A model generated the notes under the pieces. The model ran no database searches and was not told the origin of the DNA. It was given only the letters and a program-made list of their open reading frames with translations. A program made the translations under genes and the position numbers. Shown piece by piece: positions 11,253 to 25,500 of a DNA stretch of 50,381 nucleotides. Source of the DNA: Phoronis australis (lineage: Eukaryota; Animalia; Phoronida); assembly GCA_002633005.1 (NCBI GenBank), contig NMRA01000157.1, forward strand, positions 348,073-398,453. Direction: 5' to 3'. Each line of letters starts with the position of its first letter. Positions within the stretch are counted from its first letter, which is position 1.

Positions 11253-12147
11253 GTGCTGAGATGATTACAGCCAGAGACCAAGGGCAAAAAAAAACCAAAG
11301 TAGGTTCTGGTCTTTAGCCTGGCTCATTTTAAGGCCTTCACTCAGCGATTAAAAACCACGCCGGCCGAATCAATGTCAGGTAGAGCCTCCGTGTTTTTCG
11401 AAAAGCGCTGTTCAAAGGCACCTAGGCAAGGCTCAAACTTCCATCATTTATCAAGAAATGAGTGAAAAAGATCACCACATCGTGTTTCATCCTCTAAGGT
11501 CGACAGCACCGACTCGATTTTAGCGACCATAACCAGCGATGCTTTTTTGGCTTCGTTACGCGACGAGGTTATAATTATAGCCGATATCTGAAATGCTCAG
11601 AATAAAAAGCAACTGATAGACCATTTATGCCAATATTTTATTATAACAGGAAATGTATCATAACCGTGAAAAAATGATGAAAATTATTACAAACAGTGAT
11701 CCCCTTGTAAAATGTGCAATCACATAAGAACATTTTTTGTCACAGCAAAGCTTTTAAATGTAGTTATCACTGCAAACACAGCGTAAAAATTAACAATATA
11801 ATTTTATGAATAACATGATATAAAAGCAAGTCCCGTTAAAAACGGCAACGGCAACATTTTGAAATTGCAAAGACGTGTTTAACAACCGACTGGGGTCCGT
11901 TGCATCAAAGGTCGTAAACCAGACCGTAGCTAAGACTGTCGTAAGTACGGTCTTGCCTAAAGTAAGACCGGTCGTAAATTAGGCGGTCATGTAGGCACAT
12001 CATTGCGAACACGACGCTGCTTTTTATGTAAGCGAAACATTGCAACACACGTTAAGTTGATAATTATTCATATCCAGACTTGACTGTTGCTTTCACGAGC
12101 CACGTTCACCTTAATGAACGGCCTCAACTAAAATTGGAGTTCTGACN

Positions 12148-13378
12148 GCCTACAGAAGGCGAATTGAACGAGGACTTGAACGGCGAACGAGGCAATTCAT
12201 TACCAGAAAGTGCAACGCTGCCGCCATTACGCAAACTGCCTCCTGGAGTTCAGATGGGGCGCAGACGATCGGATACACCACATATGTATTCAACCGAGAG
12301 ATTGGGAACTGAATCTGTAGGAAAAGTAACAGCAGTTAAACAAAAACGGAGTTTTTCCATCGCCGTACCCATGACAATGCACACGAAACCCAAAGCTATG
12401 CTATCGACTGACGTTGTGAAGCCTAAATTTGAACGACCGTGTGATGTTCTAAGCCGCAGGAAATTAAGTATTCCAGACAACAAATAAGTGCTGAGATGAT
12501 TGCAGCCAGAGACCAAGGGCAAAAAAAAACAAAGTAGGTTCTGGTCTTTAGCCCGGCTCATTTTGAGGCCTTCACTCAGCGACTAAAAATCACCCCGGCC
12601 GAATCAATGTCAGGTAGAGCCTCCGTGTTTTTCGAAAAGCGCTGTTCAAAGGCACCTAGGCAAGGCTCAAACTTCCATCATTTATCAAGAAATGAGTGAC
12701 AAAGATCACCACACCGTGTTTCATCCTCTAAGGTCGACAGCACCGACTCGATTTAAGCGACCATAACCAGCGATGTTTTTTTGGCTTCGGCGTTACGCGA
12801 CGAGGTTATAATTATAGCCGATATCTGAAATGCTCAAAATAAAAAGCAACTGATAGACCATTTATGACAATATTTTATTATAACAGGAAATGTATCATAA
12901 CCGTGAAAAAATGATGAAAATTATTACAAACAGTGATCCCCTTGTATAATGTGCAATCACATAAGAACATTTTTTGTCACAGCAAAGCTTTTAAATGTAG
13001 TTATCATTGCAAACACAGCGTAAAAATTAACAATATAATTTTATGAATAACATGATATAAAAGCAAGTCCCGTTAAAAACGGCAACATTTTGAAATTGCA
13101 AAGACGTGTTTAACAACTGGGGCCGGGTCCGTTGCATCAAAGGTCGTAAATCAGACCGTAGCTAAGACTGTCGTAAGTACGGTCGTGGCTAAAGTAAGAC
13201 CGGTCGTAAATTAGGCGGTCATGTAGGCACATCATTGCGAACACGACGCTGCTTTTTATGTAAGCGAAACATTGCAACACACGTTAAGTTGATAATTTTT
13301 CATATCCAGACTTGACTGTCGCTTTCACGAGCCACGTTCACCTTAATGAACGGCCTCAACTAAAATTGGAGTTCTGAC
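12148..13378 (+). repeat. Near-identical copy of 10913-12146, including the 3' part of the 278-aa ORF; probable uncollapsed haplotype
   Basis: Begins right after a single N at 12147; differs by scattered SNPs and small indels. Confidence 0.85.
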
Positions 13379-13426
13379 TATGAGTCTTAGCCAACACTGA
13401 ACAAACGACCTTCCATAAAACGGGAC
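13125..13426. mobile_element. Harbinger-like MITE (haplotype copy starts at 11893)
   Basis: Left end GGGTCCGTTGCATCAAAGGTCGT...GCTAAGACT; degenerate inverted right end AGTCTTAGC...ACGACCTTCCATAAAACGGGAC. Confidence 0.55.
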
Positions 13427-13434
13427 GGGGGGGG

Positions 13435-13709
13435 GGGCTGTTTCATGAGAAGTGCTTAAAAGTTAAGTCAGAAATTTGGTCTTACACTCCACTCAGCTAT
13501 TCCAGAACAATAATTAAACTTCACTTAAGCAAAAATGCATCCTCTCTAAGGACATGCAAACAACAACTAGTTAGTGAGATAATTTTATAAAATAATTATT
13601 TCCAGACTAAGATGTACTCATAATTACTTTGCTAAAACATTTCTCAGCAATTGTGAAATGGGACACAACTTCTGTCTCAAGTCTTAAGTCACTTTCATGA
13701 AACAGACCC
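13435..13709. mobile_element. Harbinger/PIF-like MITE, same family as 22093-22346, inverted
   Basis: TIRs GGGCTGTTTCATGA / TCATGAAACAGACCC followed by CTG; subterminal similarity to the 22093 element. Confidence 0.7.
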
Positions 13710-14093
13710 CTGCAGGTGTTAAACAGACCCCATACACATTAGTCTCTCAAACAAACAGTCCAGAAATACATCTGGTTCAACACTAAATCCTTAAAGTCGC
13801 AAGAACCACGTGAAAATCATCAAAATCCAAAAAAAAAATAGACTGGTTTAAGAATTAACTGCAAATACAATAATCACAAAGGCATCCAAGGATAAAGTCA
13901 GTATAATTACAAGAAATTCATAATGCTAGCCCTTGCACTTTTAAAATATCTTTAAAGACCAACATATCAATTGATGGCATATATATATGGCACTTATATA
14001 CGACACTTAAATATGGCACTATCAAAACACTTGACTTGCACAGTGACACCCTGCAGTAGTATATTAACTGGAATCAAGAGGGCAAGATTACAG

Positions 14094-14531
14094 GGCCCAG
14101 TTGCATGAAATAGTCCCAAATTGAGACTCAACTAAGTTCCCTACATCATGCATATTTGTGGGCTTGTGAAAACACTGATTGCCCTTTCTTATGCTATTTG
14201 AATCTCATTACTAGTCAGTTTTTGGCTTTGATACAAATCCAAACCAACTCTACATCAAATTCGAAATATTATTGAAAATAAATAGGGACCCTTAATGCAA
14301 CACCACTAATTTAAGGTCCAAGTCCATAATTATTATGACTCAATTCAACGCTCAGTCTTTAGTTATATTATTAGAAAATGTCAATTGTCAAAGAGGAGCT
14401 TATAATGAAGATATAATGATCATAGAAAAATATAACATCTGTGAGTGAAGAAGAAACAGAAGAAACAAATACCAAAAGATTTAGGGAACTTAGTTGAATC
14501 CCTACTTGGGAGGGCTTTGTGCAACCGGACA
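14094..14531. mobile_element. Harbinger/PIF-like MITE
   Basis: ~50-bp imperfect TIRs (GGCCCAGTTGCA.../...TGCAACCGGACA); CAG duplicated at 14091-14093 and 14532-14534. Confidence 0.72.
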
Positions 14532-14607
14532 CAGTTTATCATTTTGTAACGCCAACACAACTGCAAAAATCCTAGTAAGTAACAAAATTCTTGCAATAAA
14601 ATCCTGC

Positions 14608-14723
14608 AGATCGGTAACAGTAAGTAGAGCTAATCAGGGGGACCCGCTGTCTAGAGCAGTAACAGTAAGTAGAGTTAATCAGGGGGACCTGTCTAGATCA
14701 GTAACAGTAAGTAGAGTCAATCA
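14608..14723. repeat. Tandem repeat, ~42-45-bp unit, about 2.6 copies
   Basis: GTAACAGTAAGTAGAG(C/T)TAATCAGGGGGACC repeated. Confidence 0.85.
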
Positions 14724-16169
14724 TTTCATTCACATAGGCAGATACTGGGGAGGAACCCCCTTTGTAGTCAAAACGGCAAACAAAAACCATGGGAAAATTT
14801 CTTTCAAAAACATATCACTTTAATTGAACCTCCCCTTTTGTGAATGTTGGATCCGCCTTTGATACACAACACCCTACTCCATCACAGCTGCACCACTAAC
14901 ATACAACTGATTACTAATTCAGGTAAATGGCAATTCTTCACTTAGTTTGCACAAAAATAATTGAAACTGAGCGTGTGGAACATGAACTTCCTTAGGAAAC
15001 CCTAAAAGCTGACCAACAAAGCATTATACAAAGGGGGCCATCATTCTCAAGAATACAAACTCTCGCAGTTGCTAGGAGGTAATATGTGTGGGCTGGTCCA
15101 TTGGACTGTGCAATGGTAACCTGAATACAATAAGTGAGTTTGTCCGTCTTTTGTTTCCTCTAGGTATTTGGAGATTGACTTAATCTTTTGTCTGGGAATG
15201 ACGTAAGCTGCACAGGGGTGAAAACAAAGTGAGTGAGCAGCTGAAATACGCTTTCGATCCTATTCAACAAACATTTATGTGCAAAGACTAACAAAAATAG
15301 GAAAAGTTGGACAGTATTACCTGACCACTAGAAGTAAAATTTCAGAATTGTCAAGCTTTTGTTGCTACAGCTAAATATTTGGCGTTGCTACTAGTCAACA
15401 ACACACCCACAATGAGTAAGCAACAACTGTACATGAATATGGCCATCTGCGCAGACTAACTCATTGGGTTCCGTTATAAGCAATTCACTACTTGCACACT
15501 TTGGTGGCGCTGCAAAAATGATTGTTGGGCATTGTTTAGTACACATTGCCTCGTTGTAGCATTAAGTTTAACAACGCAAATGTGAAAGAGTGCGTGTTCC
15601 AAACATGCAGAAATATTGTTGTTTGGACACAACACCTCGAGAATTATGGCGAATTTGTGCAAGTAGTGGATGAGTACAGAAATCATCTTTAATATTTGCA
15701 AGGAGCAAATCGAGGTCAACTGTACAGAAGCAAGTGTTACTACTTAAAATCTGTCATTTTGACACAAAAAACGGCAATAAAAGACATTATGTGGCACTAA
15801 ATGTTGACTTACATTGATTCTGACGACTAACTGATGTGCATCGTTTCAAGATTGTATTCGTTCCAACATCATTAACAATTAGTAAGCTCCATAGTTTAAA
15901 CAAGATTTCATAGACCCAACGTTTTTCAGGTCAAACGTTGAGCCTAATCCCTTTTAGAAAATTTGCAACACCTTTGTCAGATAGACAAATAACATAACCT
16001 GAAACATATTAAGTATTGCCTGTAAAACACTTTTTGAGTCCAGCAAAGTTCAGCGGTCTAGAGCATAGAATGCACAATGAAACAACTCCTTGAAGTTACT
16101 CCCTATAAAGTACGTCAAAGGGTCAAAGAGAGTTATTAAGATCTCGTGGCAATGGAGGAAGCGAACTGT

Positions 16170-16543
16170 TCAGTAATGACGCCAATCCTCAGCTAACCAC
16201 GTCAACAGATGGGGCCTCATCAGGTCCTCGTTCTCCATCTTGTACGCCTTGGACTTCACATGATCAAGCCTCATTGGCCGGTACTGTTTACCCACGCTCA
16301 CAATGTGGCTGACCAGAGGTCTATCCATCACCTGGTTTCCACGAAGGTCCTCGACATTGACTTCGTCTTTGGGAGGAGTGATGGGCAGAATTGCCTTGAC
16401 ATAGCACGACTCGTCACCATGGCAACGGAAGATGGCCAGCGGCCACAAAGTTATTTTGTCAGCAACGATAATACAACCCCACATGGTGCCAACGTAGATC
16501 TCATCATGGAGAATGTTCATTGCTGTCACCTGGCATTTGACGG
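16170..16543 (-). CDS. LRRK1: LRRK last coding exon: PVKCQVTAM...IYVGTMWGCIIVAD...LLTWLAEDWRHY*
   Basis: ccttcag acceptor; TGA at 16172-16170. Confidence 0.92.
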
Positions 16544-19500
16544 CTGAAGGAGAGAAACAAGATTATAATATCATTTTGCTCCCAATTGCATTTTATATTT
16601 CAGTGTATTGTAATCTTCAGTGATGAAAAAGAAATTTTAAAGAGATGATTCTTTCAGATTCTATACCTCCACGGCAAACAACAAAGATGTCTCGAACATT
16701 TTCAAACCACAAGAGATAAGAGCTTACACTGCAAATATATCATCCAGGGCATTCGTAAGAATAAAGGAGGGCAAAAAGCTAGCACTTTTGACAGATTTTT
16801 GTTGTAAAATTACTGAAGAATCGACAAACAGTACAAGCAAAAAGTATTCAGGCGAAATGACCCAGAATAACCCGTCAGTGCAGCTGGACAATTAGCATTC
16901 TGTGATGACCAAAAATGCAGAGGACTTTAAAACAGAAAAGTTTATAAGATGACTAAGCTATTCTGAATTTGACACCTTAATAGTAATTAACACTCATTTA
17001 TAAAATGCTGTTAACAAAATTGAACACCATGGCAGTAAATGGTATTTGGTCTGATTACTTTTGTCCTATACATCAATGTCAACAAAGCTTCAGTTAGGAT
17101 CAGTTGAAGACACTCAGTTAATGTTACATATAATCAGGTTTTTACACAGACAGTGTACATACGCTCAAGGGTGCCATCGAATCCAGAGTAGGTTTTATTA
17201 AACTTGTCTATCTGTGGTATGGTCTTCGAGCAGTTGAGTATTGATTTGATCTTCTTACTCTCCGCATCCCAATGGAAAACTTTGAAACCTGAATTAGTGA
17301 AGAACTACAGCTGTACATTACAACAAAATGAAAGAAGGCAGACGACAACTTTGGTTCTCCTTGCACGGGAATCACAGTGTTTCCCCTGGGTTTCGAAAGG
17401 AGAAGGGTGTTGAATGCTCCCAGTGGGATGCAAAACTCGTTGCTGTACGCAAGTATGGGGTATGGGATCCCTGGGGTTCAAAAGGAGCGAGGTGGTGAAT
17501 GGTCCAAGTGGGTGCGGAATCCAGTGCCGCAACGGGTGTCATTGCGTGATCTCGGTGTAAGAAGAGTTTTGTATTTCCAACATATTTCAATCACCAATTA
17601 AAGCTGTGTTAGGAAGCGAACATGCTTGGACAGGACATCAGGCTACTTGATCAAATAATTGAATTCTCTGGCTCTCAACACGTACATAGTATGAAAAAAG
17701 TTAAACCTGTTAAGACTTGCTTAACTAACTTGTATAATGAAATTTACACCTCGTAATATATTCTTGCTCAATGTCAATCAGCTAGATGGTTTTAGCCGGC
17801 ATAGCAGGCGATTTATCTATCCATGCCATGCAGACGACTACAGACACTGGTCTATGATTCATTGACCTAGTGACTATTTCGTGCAATATAATTCACACTG
17901 TTGTACAATCCCTTTTGTAAATGTGAACATAACAAAATGAATAAACTTTACCATTTCTCCACCCATTTCATCAGTGTTCATTCAGGCACTTCACCATTTT
18001 AAAAAAATTAAACTAATGTCAAGTTCATTGCCTGGTACCTGGTCCCTGACAGTATTCAATTGCTCTGCATTATTGCCGGGAAAACCAGGCAGTACCAAAT
18101 GTAGGTCAGGTCACTAAGCAAACATGAGGAAGGACAAGGATAAAAGGATCTTTAACACACAATATTGTTTTTCCCCATTTGATCCACAAACACCAACAAT
18201 AGCCAAATAACTTGTGTATTAACGTGTTCAAGTTTTACTAACAATTTTTGCATAGCCGTGGAGTTTTCATGTCAGGATTAGATGAACACACAGAACAACG
18301 TTTTGCACAATCGAGACACTCAGGAACAATTTGCGGCCACAAACCCGTCACGGAACAGGAAATTAAAGTGAATTTTATCCCATCATTCAATACTCTAACC
18401 TCATTGACAGATCACTTCAGTGACTGCCTTTTTGCTAAAAGTTAAATCCTGAGCACACTCCCAAAACATTTGTGTAAATAATGCTTTTTCGCGAGTTTTT
18501 CATGTCTAGTTGATGAAATGCAACCCTACTGTGCATTCCGCAGAGGCGAGAATGTTGTGAAAATGTTAAAACACCCAAGACTTTGTGAGATATTACCATG
18601 CATTTAACATGAAGCATGTGACCACAGTAGCTTCCTTAGTGAATCCTGCATATTTTCCACATTCTCAAAGACGTTATCTACAATTTAAAACTAGTCAACT
18701 AGACTTTAATAGTCTCGTGCAATTACCTCACTCACTAAGAGGACTTCACAACCAAGAGGCAAAACCAAAAGCGGTTTAATGGAGAACACAGAGAATCATC
18801 TTTAGTGAGGTTTCCGTTTCATAACCTCTGTTAACATCAACTGACTAGTATGTATCTATTAAGGCCATTAAAAACAAATGGAATGCCATGCTTAACAAAA
18901 CTTACTCAAGGAAAATTTGCTGTCGAGATACTCTGACATATACATTAAACATACATAGCCAGCCGAACGAGTTCAAACACTTGAAAAGTGTTAAGTGCTA
19001 GAGGTTAGTTAAATCTCACAAGTCGAACCTGGATAGACATAAGACCACGCCGAGTTCGGAGCAGAAGATGTGGTCACCAGTATCTGCACGTTTCCTTCGT
19101 CGTCTGCCGGTTCATAGTGATTTATTTTGGCGATCACCTGGTCTTCGTTGGAAGCCTTCATTACATGTATGTAACCACTGTCAAGGCCGCACCACAGTTC
19201 TGACTGACTGCAATATCAGCAGTAACACAACTAAATATTTCAAAGGGACAATCTTGACTGCAAAAGTGATTTACAGAAATTGGTAGCAGCCTGTAACCAA
19301 GCCCAATGGCTATGCAACAACAGTCCAACACTCTGCCACTGAGCCAAATCCCACACGCTTTATAGCAGAGCATTTTAAAATATTCAAAAAGTGAAGATAC
19401 CGGCCCTGGTTTCAGCAAATGCCAGACGCACAATGGCATTCATTCTGGTGATTTGTAATAAAATCACAGCTTTTATTGCTCTGGTCAAAGCTAATAACTT

Positions 19501-22500
19501 CAAGAAGTCCAAACCATCCAGCAATACAGTTAACTCAAACATGGCTTCTTCAGTCACAAAAGCGACAATGTAAGTTACAATGACTGTATAGTTTTGTAGA
19601 CTTAATACACAGGCTTGTTGATAATGTCCTACATGACATCAGTGATAGAAAATCTATAACATTTATCAGAATGCACTTTGACTAAATTGTGACATGAATA
19701 CGAACTACAACTGTTTTTTAATTAGCTATACAAGGGGAAATGAAATATTCATGGAAACGTGAAAACCAGTAGCTATGGAAAAATACAGTCTAGCTGATAA
19801 AATTACTCTAAAAGAACTCATCCAAGATGTCTTACTTTTCTTCCCGATAAACAACAGCGCAGCAAAACAATTTTCTCCCAGAAACCACAGTCCTCTTCAA
19901 AACCTGAGTGAGTTCTGCAAAAGGTATAGATTGTAGATAAAAAGCTCCTACACAAATTCATGACAATTACAAGCAACACAGACAGGAGAACCAGTCAACA
20001 AATCATGAGTCGCACAGAGTGAGGCACTGACCAGGACCACTCTTACTAACAACAACGAGAAAACAGTGTAGAGATATTCCTGACCAGGTTTGAACCCTTG
20101 ACCTTTGGGCGCATTGATGATAAAAAGTGTGCCTTTTTCAAAAAGTTGTGCCCAGCAGACTTTGGTAACATACCAAACAGAAACACCGAGGGCAATTGAA
20201 ATAAGCACAGACTCATGTTCGTGTAAAAGTTGCGGCATTAAAATTCCATACAAAGCCAATCTGACAAAGACTTCAAACTGACTTCAGCTGAAGCAGAATA
20301 AGAACTCACTGGCTATATGTTGACTAAAATCTTGTATTTTTGGAATAGTTTTAAAAGATGGGCCTGGAGGCACGCTGCTGCAATGTACTTGTGCCTTTTA
20401 ATTTTTTTATGCGCTAATGGCCCAAAGGCGGGGTTCAGGAATACCCCTGCAGTGCATACTACTTATTCCATTCACAGGGGTGCCAACCCATTAAGGACAT
20501 AATCTGCAACCTTCATGTTAAAAATCCATTATTTAGTAACTAATTTGTACAATTTCCAAACATTTTCAGAAACTTTAAATTTCAATCGCATTAGATGGAT
20601 TGATACACACTAAAACAACAATTTTCAATTTCAAATCGTGCTTAACTAAAAAAGCAATTGTTATATTACGTAATAACTCAGCTCGACACATCAACATTTT
20701 TCAGCTTTTGCTGTTGGCATGGTTGATTTCTTCCCACGCTACCACGGCCCCACAAATCCCGATATCTCACAATTCCTTATCCATAACCGTGTTATAGGCG
20801 TCAGGGTTTTCAGTGTTGAAGACAGCGTGATTAAACACTGTTAATTCCATTCCCGTTTTCTAAATGCAACCTAGTTCATCAGTATATTACTCAACTTCAA
20901 AATTTTGCTCCAGACACCTTAACATAATTTCCAAAGCATACGATATCCCACAATGCAAAACCAAGTAAGCGCATTTCTCATTGGCTGTTTCACAAAAAAT
21001 GCAATTGACCAATCAAAAACGGGAAGTATTGTTTGTTCAGAATTATTACGCTAATTGCATTCTACACTGCATGGTACTCAAGACAAATGTTATTGCTCGG
21101 ATCTTTCGTTCTCGACAATTTCCACCACTTTCCAGTACTTTCTGCCTCAATCTTCGCCGATCTGGCGCTTCAAAACACAGACAATTTTTATGATAATTTT
21201 AACCTTTACCTGATTTTACAAGAGAAACCAATGCTTAAAATCTGCAACATTTGAAAATCCGTAATGTAGTGATTTTGACCCTAAAAGTGTAGGGAAAACG
21301 GATAAATCCGTAACAGTTGGCAGTCCTGCATTCAAAGTACGGTAAATATTCTCCAGTTTAAGGAAATCAATTATTTCGCTCAAGGTCAGAGAACCACATT
21401 TTAAAAATAGACAATATCAGCCCAGTGTTCCAAATTCAAGAATCGATGTTGTGCACCATGAGGATGCATGGAAATCTTTTGTTGGCCATTTCCTCATGCA
21501 AGTAAACTGACAAAGTTTTTGAATGACTGAAGAAATGGAGTTTAATTGTAGAAAGTTGTGTAGGACCATCCCAAAATGGCCAGGAACATCATATCTCAGA
21601 TACGGCCGTTTGGATTTACATGAAACTTTCAGATAACCTGCATCATGTATTGTCTGCCTCCAAAATGGTGCAAGAAATTGCTTTTAAAAGTTTACACTTT
21701 TGCATAATGAAGGAGCTATCCAAAAATAGGGTTTGTGATTTTCATGAAAACCTCAAATTCCGACTACAGACTTTCCACTTTCAGAAAATGTATACCTTTA
21801 CAAAGTTAAAGTTAAATAGTTTTGTAGATATGTGGCTTCACACACCAACAAGTTAATAAGGCCCTGTATGACCTTGAATTAGAAAACGATTCTTTTGGCT
21901 TGAGAACAACTGACATCCTGTTACTGGTTCAGACTTAAGGCTCACGAAGGTGTCGCTGAGGCAGTATGTGAATCGGTGAAATTCCTGTTGTTTTACCGAG
22001 ATTAGTTAGTTCAAGTAAAGGATAAGAACATTTGATAACGTCGCTTTGGAAGAAAATTTAGGCCTGTGAAGAAAGTCATTTTTTAACACCAGGGGTCAGT
22101 TTCATGACAGTGACTAAAGACTTAAGACAGAAATTTGGCATTACGCTCCAACTTCATTCACACCAAAGTCATTATCTCATTCTATAGTAACTACCAGTTA
22201 ATATCACTATGTAATATTTTCAAAGACTTCCCTTTTGCTCCATAAAAAGCTCTATCTTAAGTTTCAGAAATAGTCATGTGGAGCGCAGTACCAAATGTCT
22301 GAATTTTAAGTCTTATAATGGAAGTTAATTCTCATGAAAAAGACCCCAGAACATAGAACACAGATTGTCCTGTCTTATCAAAATTATTCTCAGAACATCC
22401 GAGTCCTTCTCAACATCTTGATGGAATGGGGTAGGGACATGCGTAAATGGGCAACTTCAGCTAAAATAATAACACTCTCCACGGCATTCTTACTCCAATC

Positions 22501-25500
22501 ACATTCCATTTACCGACACCCCACGCGATTTTCCTCATATTTTAAGCCGGTTCATGCTTGTCATGCCTGGTGTCTTACCATTGTCAGCTGACCACACTTG
22601 TACCGTGCCATTGGACAGTCCCACATAGACCTCCTCTAGCCCTTTGTAATACCTCATGTCCTCGATGGTCACCGTGGACTTCTTGAACACTTGAAACTTG
22701 AGCACTTCCCGGTAGCTGTCTTTGGCACTATAATTTTTATAGTTCACGTCAAAAAATATTCAGACAAAAAGACCTGGAATACTCTGTCATGATGGCTGGA
22801 CCGTAAATCCAGGTGAGTAAAATGCTCATTTCAGTAGCATCAAATCTGACAATTTCTTAACGATCTTCCAAGCAGCTTCATTGGCAGACAGAGAAGCTGA
22901 CAACAAAAAACAGACAGAAACAATAAAAATGACCACTAGGGGGCACACTGGTAGTCAGATCCATCTGAAAGTTGTTGCATCTATTGTCACACTCATAGAA
23001 AACCACTACCTTGCGAAATTTCAGAGATCCTGAAAGGGGTTAAGTACGCCAGGGGCACCACAGTAGTCCGATCCATCAAAAAATCAATGTCAGCTGTGGC
23101 CCTTTCAGTTAAAACAAATTTTCCAATCTTAATAGTGATTCGGCTTTGAGCGGTTTGGCAGATAGAGATGATGATGCCAAAAACATGCAAATAATGAAAA
23201 CAGAAGCACAATACATCAAAGCCATCTAAAAATGGGAAGGCATTGTCGACTCATTCTATGGACCTATTTACCAAATTTCATGAAAATCCATTAAGGAACT
23301 CTGATGATAGTAAAATGCAAAGTTTGTAAATTTAAATACTAAAATTGTCAATAGGAAGCACAAAATTTGCCAAATCTGCCCTAAAGTCATAGTCATCTGA
23401 CATCAGCTCCATAGGAACACATCTGCCAACTTTCAGGACGATCCTCCAGGGGGTTTTGGTGATACAGTAGCAGACACCAGACACAAAGACAGAGATGAAA
23501 GCCATGCACCCACATTATGTCATGTATATGGGAGTGAATAAAAACGTTATGCGGCAATTAACACCTAGACAATATTTTCATACGACACATCATAAGTTTC
23601 TGTGCCCAATCAAGGATTTTAAAAATAAAATTATGAATTAAATTGATAGGAAGTTGGAAAATGGTAATTTCTTGTATAATATTATTTATCATGTTTTGTG
23701 TCCTTCAGAAGCTACAAGGTCCAAAAGCAAAAGACTTTCAACATTTTCTGAGTTCCTATTAAGCAATATTATTGGCTCATCAGAATGCTTAACTTTACTC
23801 GGTTTGAAGATAATTTCGCATCCTATCACACAGCAAGTAATAAAGAACGAAACTAACAAAACCCTTCAAAGAAATTTTAACTTCTACCTGAAGACATGAA
23901 TACACCTGGAGTCGTCAGCCACCCACAGCGTGTCCTTGACTACACACATTACTTGGATTTTGTTTCCAAGGTTACAGTCCAATGTCTGCAAACAAACAAA
24001 AAATGCTTGTAAAATTCCTTAACTCAGTAACACTGTCTTCTAACATTGTGACTGTGAAATTAAAACCATATCTCGCAAACATTAATAATTCTGGTCTGCA
24101 TGCCACCTGTCGGCAACATCAAGTGACCTAATGAGCATCAGTTTGAAAAGATTTCTGCCCAGACCAGTACTCGAACCCGGGACCTTCTGTTAACTGTGCA
24201 AACTGAGCCATTGGGACCACTGGTCGAACACAGATGACATGCAGACCAAACTTATTTTTACAATCTATATTTCCACGCCTACTCATATAAAACCATATCT
24301 GTTTCGATTAAATTTTTTAAAGCAATACTGAACAATTATAATATCTGATACTTCAGTCAGCCAAATCGTGATGTTTGTACCAGTTTTGCCCTAGGTTTAA
24401 AATCACATGGCATCCATCAACAAATTAGTAAAATGCATAACCCCACTGTTAATGCACCCTCAATACAGTGAAACTAAATAATCCAGAGATTAACTATGTT
24501 TGACCTTATACCTAGTGTATTCTCAAGGCTGGTGATTCACAGAGAACAAAAATGCATCAGCTAAATTGTTCGTCTCTAGCTAACTGCGCAAACACGAATC
24601 AGACGGAGAACTTTTTGGATGATTATGTACACAATGGGGATGAAATGAGTCCCACATTGAAGGATTCTGGTGAGTATAAAGATGAAGAACTCTAGGCTCC
24701 ATCAACAACGATCAGATTTTTTAATAAATCAATGTATTTCGACTGACACTCCAAAGAACAATGCAGTTCCAAATCTAACCACTAACTGCCAACTCCATGC
24801 TAGTTATTATCGTGTGATGTACGTTATAGATCGCATGACGATTTTCCTCAGCATCCCAGAATTTGGGGATTAAAACTAGGTAATAGGAATGATTTGAGAA
24901 ATATTTTTGAATAATAATAAAACTTCAACATTATGCACCTTCAAATTGACATCAATGAGTGTGCAAGTCGCAGGTATTAAGAAAATTTAATACACTCAGC
25001 TGCAGTTGCTTATTGTAAAGGATAATAGTCACTTATAGCAACGCATTTTGAGAAGCATTCTTTTCATCGAATAACAGGTGTTAAATTGGTTCTCAAAATG
25101 TGGGCTTCCTAAGTGACGATTGCCAGACCATNGTACCTTCTGTTAACTGTGCAAACTGAGCCATTGGGACCACTGGTCGAACACAGATGACATGCAGACC
25201 AAACTTATAAATTTTTACAATCTATATTTCCACGCCTACTCATATAAAACCATATCTGTTTCGATTATATTTTTTAAAGCAATACTGAACAATTATAATA
25301 TCTGATACCTCAGTCAGCCAAATCGTGATGTTTGTAACAGTTTTGCCCTAGGTTCAAAATCACATGGCATCCATCAACAAATTAGTAAAATGCATAACCC
25401 CACTGTTAATGCACCCTCAATACAGTGAAGCTAAATAATCCAGAGATTAACTATGTTTGACCTTTTAATCCATTAACGCAGTGTATTCTCAAGGCTGGTG

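Noticed and set aside
10715-11287. Minus-strand ORFs overlapping the 278-aa gene, and similar antisense ORFs over LRRK exons
   Set aside because: Shadow ORFs of real coding sequence with no independent motifs.
12164-12487. Paralogue or pseudogene of the 278-aa gene
   Set aside because: Starts at an N junction and the duplication extends through the flank; better explained as the second haplotype.
24155-24220. Functional tRNA gene
   Set aside because: A/B-box-like motifs are present but the D and anticodon arms are incomplete; it lies inside a repeat insertion.
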